From: Rhodothermales bacterium
GTDB taxonomy: Bacteria; Bacteroidota; Rhodothermia; Rhodothermales; VXPQ01
Direction of reading: 5' to 3'
Assembly: GCA_040904565.1 (NCBI GenBank)
Contig: JBBDTI010000079.1
Span: forward strand, 50,262-70,778
Length of the DNA: 20,517 nt
Every line of letters begins with the position of its first letter. Within the stretch, counting starts at the first letter, position 1. Position numbers and translations under genes: made by a program. The notes beneath the pieces were generated by a model, which was not told the origin of the DNA, did no database searches, and saw only the letters and a list, made by a program, of their open reading frames with translations. This document shows, in pieces, positions 6,768-12,023 of the stretch.

Positions 6768-9494
6768 ATGCCGTCGGGTCCAGGTATGAATGAGGGTGTG
6801 CAGCCGGGTGTCAAGCGGGAGCAGGACGGGCCGGCGGTTGCGACCGATGACGCTCCCTGGTCTGTTTCTCCCGATGCCGTTGCGGCCTCCGCTGGAGTTG
6901 ACGTTGAAAATGGGCTGACCGACGAAGAGGCCGACGAGCGACGCCGTCGCACGGGGCCAAACGACCTGCGCCGTCGAAAGCCGCGCAGCGCCTGGTCCCT
7001 ATTCGTCGCGCAGTTTCGGAGCCTGGTCGTCGCGCTCCTCATAGGTGCCGCGGTGGTGGCGTTTGCCTTCGGCGAAAATCTGGAAGCGTGGGCCATCGTC
7101 ACGGTCATTGCGATCAACGCGGCGCTGGGGTTTATTACGGAGCTCCGCGCCGTTCGCTCGATGGAGGCGCTGTTCGCGCTTTCGAGGGTAACGGCGCGCG
7201 TGCTGCGCGGCGGTGGGACCCGAGAGATAGACGCCGTCGAACTGGTTCCGGGCGACGTGGTCGTGTTGGCAGGCGGCGATCTTGTCCCTGCGGATATGCG
7301 GCTGATTACGGCCTCGAAGCTGCAGGCGGATGAATCGAGCCTTACGGGTGAAAGCATGCCCGTGGGGAAATCTATCGACCCGGTGGACGCGGGGTCGGCG
7401 CTCGCCGAACGCTCGTCCATGTTGTACAAGGGTACGTCCGTGACGCGAGGTTCGGGCGTCGCCGTCGTAACGCAGACCGGGATGCGCACGGAGCTGGGCC
7501 GCATCACGGAACTCGTCGCCGAAGCCGTGGAGGAGCGCACGCCGCTCGAGGTTCGGCTCGATGCGCTGGGACGGAAGCTGATCTGGGTCACGCTCGGCAT
7601 CGCCGCGCTTGTGAGCGGTGCAGGTATCCTGCGAGGGAAGGACCTCTTCCTCATGATAGAGACGGGCATTGCGCTGGCGGTGGCTTCCATTCCTGAGGGG
7701 CTGCCCATTGTCGCTACTATCGCGCTGGCTCGCGGCGTACGCATCATGGCGCGGCGCAACGCTCTGATCAACCGGCTGTCCTCCGTCGAGACGCTAGGGG
7801 CCGCAGGTGTAATCTGCACGGACAAGACGGGCACGCTTACTGAAAACCGGATGACCGTCGTGCGCCTTGCCGTCGCCGGCAAAGATGTCCGACTGGATGA
7901 AGAGGAGGGGTTCGAGACAGAGATTGCCGGGGATCTAACATCCGCCGTCCGCTCCGCCCTGGAGGTGGGTGCGCTGTGCAACAATGCAACACGCGCCGAA
8001 GACGGTGAGACGTCCGGAGACCCCCTCGAAGTGGCCCTGCACGCTGCTGCCGCCGGGTTCGGTATCAAACAAGGCGATCTCCTGACGGATTGTGAACGCG
8101 TCGACGAGGAGGCTTTTGACGCGGATGTAAAGATGATGGCCACCGTGCATCGTTGCGGAGATCGATATCGATACGCCGTAAAGGGAGCGCCGGAAGCCGT
8201 GCTCGAGGCATGTGGGTACGAGCAAACCGATGAGGCAGCCTCTCCGCTGGACGAAAGCCGTCGCGCTGCGTGGGAGGAAAAGAATGAAGCGCTTGCCGCG
8301 GGTGGACTGCGAGTACTGGCGCTGGCCGAGAAGTACTCCGACAGTAGGGAGGACGCCCCGTACGAGGGGCTCGTCATGCTCGGCCTCGTAGGCATGGCCG
8401 ACCCGCCGCGCTCGGACGTGCGCCCATCGATCGAGCGGTGCAAGTCGGCGGGCATCCAGGTCGTGATGGTTACGGGCGATCAGCCGGTAACCGCGCTCGG
8501 CATCGGACGTGAAGTCGGACTGGTGGACGAAGGAGAGGACCTGGTCGTACGAGGAAATGAGCTGCCGGCAATGGACTCAGCCACCGACGAGCAGAAAGCT
8601 CGGCTCCTCCGCGTTCCGATCTTCGCTCGCGTGACGCCCGCACAGAAGCTCGATCTGATTGCGCTTCATCAAGGGGGTGGCCACGTCGTCGCCATGACGG
8701 GGGACGGCGTTAATGACGCCCCGGCACTGCAAAAAGCTGACATCGGTATTGCCATGGGACGCCGCGGCACCCAGGTCGCCCGTGAGGCGGCGGATATGGT
8801 CCTGCAGGATGACGCGTTTTCAACCATCGTGGCCGCGGTGGAACAGGGCCGGATTATTTTCGGAAACATCCGCCGATTCGTCCTCTACCTGCTGTCCTGC
8901 AATGTCAGCGAGGTGATGGTCGTTGCGGCGGCGACGCTGGTAGGTGGTCCATTACCTTTGCTGCCCCTGCAGATCCTGTTCCTCAATCTCGTGACCGACA
9001 TCTTCCCCGCCCTGGCTTTGGGTGTGGGGGCGGGCGATCCGGCCGTCATGAAACGCAAACCTCGCGCGGCGAACGAGCCCGTGCTCTTGAGGCGGCACTG
9101 GTTGGTTATCGCCTTCTACGGCGTCCTGATGACGGCTTCCGTTCTCGGTGCGCTGTTCGTCGCCTTGAACGTACTGCATCTCCCGGCTGAAGAGGCGGTG
9201 ACGCTTTCGTTCCTCACGCTTGCCTTTGCACAGCTTCTGCATGTGTTCAACATGCGTTCGAAGGATTCTAGCACGTGGAAGAATGAGGTGGTCCAGAACC
9301 CTTTCGTGTGGGGAGCCATCGTCCTGTGCACGGGACTCCTGCTCGGTGCCGTCTACGTACCCGATCTGGCAGAGGTGCTCAGCGTACACCGGCCGGACGC
9401 GATGGGCTGGCTTACCGTCGCCGGATTCAGCCTGATTCCGCTCGTGGTCGGGCAGGTCGTTCTGATCCTTGGGGGAAACACCGCGGTAGAATGA
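6768..9494 (+). CDS. Cation-transporting P-type ATPase, P2A (SERCA/CtpF/PacL-like, probably Ca2+)
   Basis: DESSLTGES, IPEGLP, phosphorylation motif ICTDKTGTLT, KGAPE, DPPR, MVTGD, MTGDGVNDAPAL, YLLSCNVSE and LNLVTDIFPALAL. An alternative start is ATG 6786. Confidence 0.96.
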   Translation: MPSGPGMNEGVQPGVKREQDGPAVATDDAPWSVSPDAVAASAGVDVENGLTDEEADERRRRTGPNDLRRRKPRSAWSLFVAQFRSLVVALLIGAAVVAFAFGENLEAWAIVTVIAINAALGFITELRAVRSMEALFALSRVTARVLRGGGTREIDAVELVPGDVVVLAGGDLVPADMRLITASKLQADESSLTGESMPVGKSIDPVDAGSALAERSSMLYKGTSVTRGSGVAVVTQTGMRTELGRITELVAEAVEERTPLEVRLDALGRKLIWVTLGIAALVSGAGILRGKDLFLMIETGIALAVASIPEGLPIVATIALARGVRIMARRNALINRLSSVETLGAAGVICTDKTGTLTENRMTVVRLAVAGKDVRLDEEEGFETEIAGDLTSAVRSALEVGALCNNATRAEDGETSGDPLEVALHAAAAGFGIKQGDLLTDCERVDEEAFDADVKMMATVHRCGDRYRYAVKGAPEAVLEACGYEQTDEAASPLDESRRAAWEEKNEALAAGGLRVLALAEKYSDSREDAPYEGLVMLGLVGMADPPRSDVRPSIERCKSAGIQVVMVTGDQPVTALGIGREVGLVDEGEDLVVRGNELPAMDSATDEQKARLLRVPIFARVTPAQKLDLIALHQGGGHVVAMTGDGVNDAPALQKADIGIAMGRRGTQVAREAADMVLQDDAFSTIVAAVEQGRIIFGNIRRFVLYLLSCNVSEVMVVAAATLVGGPLPLLPLQILFLNLVTDIFPALALGVGAGDPAVMKRKPRAANEPVLLRRHWLVIAFYGVLMTASVLGALFVALNVLHLPAEEAVTLSFLTLAFAQLLHVFNMRSKDSSTWKNEVVQNPFVWGAIVLCTGLLLGAVYVPDLAEVLSVHRPDAMGWLTVAGFSLIPLVVGQVVLILGGNTAVE

Positions 9495-9523
9495 CGCCTT
9501 CTCGATCGCGCCGGGCGCCCATG

Positions 9524-9539
9524 TCATGAAATCCCCTAC
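9524..9539. promoter_or_regulatory. Putative operator TCATGA-AATC-CCCTAC
   Basis: 13/16 identical to the site at 1829-1844; intergenic. Confidence 0.5.
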
Positions 9540-9609
9540 ACGGGGGTCCTCTATATCCCTTCATGTCGGGCCGTGATTTCTGTTGAAATGGCTGTTCGGC
9601 CGGTCGCTA

Positions 9610-9618
9610 TGCTATAGT
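9610..9618 (+). promoter_or_regulatory. Extended -10 promoter element TGcTATAGT
   Basis: TGn plus a 5/6 match to TATAAT, upstream of the 9701 ORF. There is no good -35 at 17-bp spacing. Confidence 0.4.
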
Positions 9619-9700
9619 CAGAACGAGAAACGCCGGGCGGGGCCCGGTGCAGTGAAGTTCAGGAAGACCCTACGGACGCTTAGTCGTGGAGGATGCCGCC

Positions 9701-9961
9701 ATGCTAGATAAGCCCATCATCGACCGAGAGAAGATGCAGAAGGACGACGAGCGCCGCCAGCTCGTCATGGACGTGGCGGAGAAAGCATCGCGCCTGCTGG
9801 GTCCCGGAGAAACGCTGAACCGACCCGTCCGAAAGGACGACCGCATCATTTTCACCGTTCAGCACGGTCGGGGTACGGAGCGGCGCATGCACCGGCCGAT
9901 ACCGTCCGTTAGAGAAAGGTCCGTCCGCTACACGGCGTGGTTCGAGAATGGTGTGATTTGA
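9701..9961 (+). CDS. Small hypothetical protein (86 aa)
   Basis: ATG 9701 is preceded by GGAGG at 9688-9692, codons are GC3-rich and the ORF sits in an otherwise empty gap. No family recognised. Confidence 0.65.
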   Translation: MLDKPIIDREKMQKDDERRQLVMDVAEKASRLLGPGETLNRPVRKDDRIIFTVQHGRGTERRMHRPIPSVRERSVRYTAWFENGVI

Positions 9962-9969
9962 TGTTTCCG

Positions 9970-10290
9970 CGGCGGCATTGAGATCGTGCCCTCGTGGTGG
10001 CGGCGGGACCCGCGAGGGTACCTGAGAACCGCCGGCGTCGTCGTACACGCGATGCGTGCGCGGCGAAACCGCGCGGCGCGGGGGTAAAAGGCGGCAGTCG
10101 GCTCGTCCGACCCGCCTCCTGGAGGTCGTGACCCTGGGGGAGGGTTGCGACCTCCTACTGTTACCCCCATCCCCGCGAGCAGAGTATGGTGCGAGTAGAG
10201 TAAGTACGACCGCGTAGTTCATTCCCCTACGCGGCTACCAGCGATACCGGACAGACGGCGCGTCCGGTGCACTACGGCGCATAGGGGCGC
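9970..10290 (+). ncRNA. Candidate structured RNA element of unknown family
   Basis: Nested stems: 9986-9997/10010-10021, 10040-10046/10204-10210, 10058-10063/10069-10074, 10080-10087/10161-10168, 10089-10101/10107-10117, 10121-10135/10141-10155, 10210-10217/10227-10234 and 10246-10252/10262-10268. Mismatches read as G-U on the + strand. Confidence 0.4.
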
Positions 10291-10406
10291 GGACTGTCAT
10301 GAGCGCTTACGGCCTCTTCCGATATTAGATGCCGAAACGAAAGCAAAGTAGACGCTCGCTTGCAGAGAGCACGCGTCGACCATTCACATACAGACCTCCA
10401 CATTCC

Positions 10407-11006
10407 ATGAAGAACTCCCCTGTGCTGTCTATCCTCGTGCTCTCCTTTATTTTGATCGCTGCCACCTGGTCGGCCGATCCAACGCAGATGACGATAACGC
10501 CTGAAAGTCGCATGTGGGTCGACGGAACGTCGACCGTGCACGACTGGACGTGCGATGTCGGTGAGGTCGACGGCAACGTGACGCTGGATGCCGAAACCGG
10601 TGCCGTGTCGAAAGCCGCCGTCACCGTTGCCTCGTCGTCGATTGAATGCGACAGCCGCACGATGAACAGGAAGGTCGCCGAGGCTCTGGCCATCGATGAT
10701 TTCCCGGTCATTCGCTATACCCTGAGTACGGCCGATGTCATGAGTTCCGGCGAGGAGCTGCGTATCGACGCCGTGGGCACCCTGGAGCTGGCGGGTGCCA
10801 GCAAGGAAATGAGCTCGAGCCTGGTCGGGCAGCCTGCTTCGGAAGGCGGTTACGTGTTTACGGGTACCCTGCCGATCACGATGTCGACCTTCGACATCGA
10901 TCCGCCGACCGCCATGTTCGGTGCCCTCAAGACGGGAGACGACGTAACGGTTCGGTTCGAGATCTACGCCGTTCCCGGGAGCGGTAGACTGTCTAGTGGG
11001 CAGTAA
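10407..11006 (+). CDS. YceI-family polyisoprenoid-binding protein, secreted
   Basis: Signal peptide MKNSPVLSILVLSFILIAATWSA; ESRMWVDGTSTVHDW, FPVIRY, GTLELAG, FDIDPPTAMFGALKTGDDVTVRF. Start moved from 10329 to ATG 10407. Confidence 0.9.
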   Translation: MKNSPVLSILVLSFILIAATWSADPTQMTITPESRMWVDGTSTVHDWTCDVGEVDGNVTLDAETGAVSKAAVTVASSSIECDSRTMNRKVAEALAIDDFPVIRYTLSTADVMSSGEELRIDAVGTLELAGASKEMSSSLVGQPASEGGYVFTGTLPITMSTFDIDPPTAMFGALKTGDDVTVRFEIYAVPGSGRLSSGQ

Positions 11007-11044
11007 ACGCGAACGGGGCCGTGGTGCACGAGTCAATAAATCCG

Positions 11045-11068
11045 GGTCGCCGGACTTGACCGGCGACC
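11045..11068. other. Intergenic hairpin
   Basis: GGTCGCCGG-acttga-CCGGCGACC, a perfect 9-bp stem between yceI and usp. It has no U tract, so it may be an mRNA stabiliser or processing site. Confidence 0.45.
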
Positions 11069-11089
11069 ATCACATGAGAGGGATTTGAT

Positions 11090-12004
11090 ATGCGCTTCAA
11101 CACAATTCTCTTTACAACGGATTTTTCTGACTGTGCGGAGCGAGCCTTCTCCCACGCGTCCCATCTATCCGCTCGATACGATGCGCACCTTCACGTGCTG
11201 AATGTGGTGCCTCCGGGTCATTCACCGGATGAAGGACCGCTGGCCTATATGGACCTGACGAAGGAAGAGGATGTCTGGACCGATGCGTACCAGGCGGACG
11301 CGGAGGATGGCGTAGCCGTCGTTCACAGCAGCATCAAGGCGGCCTCTGCGGTGGAGGGCATCCTCGAATATGCCAAGTCGTACGACGTCGACCTCATCGT
11401 CATGGGTACGCACGGCCGCACCGGCATCGACCATCTGCTGTCCGGCAGCGTAGCGGAAGACGTCGTTCGACATGCGTCGTGTCCCGTGCTGACGGTCCGA
11501 TGCAGCGAGCGTGCCGGGTGGAAGGAACAGGTCAACAGAATCCTCGTGCCGGTTGATTTTTCCGAGCATATGGCCGTCGGGCCGGCTCTGGAGCTCGCGC
11601 GAATATACGGTGCGGAGGTCGACCTGCTTCACGTCATCGAAGAGGCCGTGTTGCCGACGATCTACGGCGTCGAACCACTCTCGCCCGGGGCCCCGCTCTA
11701 CGTGCAGCGGACGGAAGGTGCATTGAGGAAAGCAGTCGAGGATTTCGATACGGAGGACCTGGAGATCCGTGCGCACGTGCGGATCGGAAACCCATCCCGA
11801 CGCATTCTCGAGTTCGCCGAGGAAGATCGATGCGACCTCATCGTGGTGGCTTCGCAAGGACGAACGGGACTGGGGCGTCTGCTGATGGGTAGCGTGGCCG
11901 AAAAGGTCATTCGTCTGTCGGAGGTTCCCGTCTTTACAGTCAAACGTGGCTCCGGATTGGGAGATGCTGCAAACGGACACCGGCCGGACGCGGACGAGAA
12001 ATAG
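11090..12004 (+). CDS. Universal stress protein, tandem USP domains
   Basis: TILFTTDFS, DLIVMGTHGRTGIDHLLSGSVAEDVVRHASCPVLTV, RILVPVDFS, ASQGRTGLGRLLMGSVAEKVIR. Confidence 0.95.
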   Translation: MRFNTILFTTDFSDCAERAFSHASHLSARYDAHLHVLNVVPPGHSPDEGPLAYMDLTKEEDVWTDAYQADAEDGVAVVHSSIKAASAVEGILEYAKSYDVDLIVMGTHGRTGIDHLLSGSVAEDVVRHASCPVLTVRCSERAGWKEQVNRILVPVDFSEHMAVGPALELARIYGAEVDLLHVIEEAVLPTIYGVEPLSPGAPLYVQRTEGALRKAVEDFDTEDLEIRAHVRIGNPSRRILEFAEEDRCDLIVVASQGRTGLGRLLMGSVAEKVIRLSEVPVFTVKRGSGLGDAANGHRPDADEK

Positions 12005-12023
12005 CCGGGCGGGGTTACGAGGG

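Noticed and set aside
6734-8455. 573-aa antisense ORF
   Set aside because: Ser/Ala/Arg-rich shadow of the ATPase, expected in high-GC coding DNA. The same applies to 3785-4501, 11222-12106, 11698-12669 and 16447-17628.
10080-10168. tRNA, tmRNA or cobalamin riboswitch interpretation of the junction
   Set aside because: No TTCGA T-loop, no CCA end, only two inner arms, and no GGGAA/B12-box pattern.
9704-10222. 172-aa minus-strand ORF across the structured region
   Set aside because: Arg/Pro-rich, and antisense to the better supported 9701 ORF.
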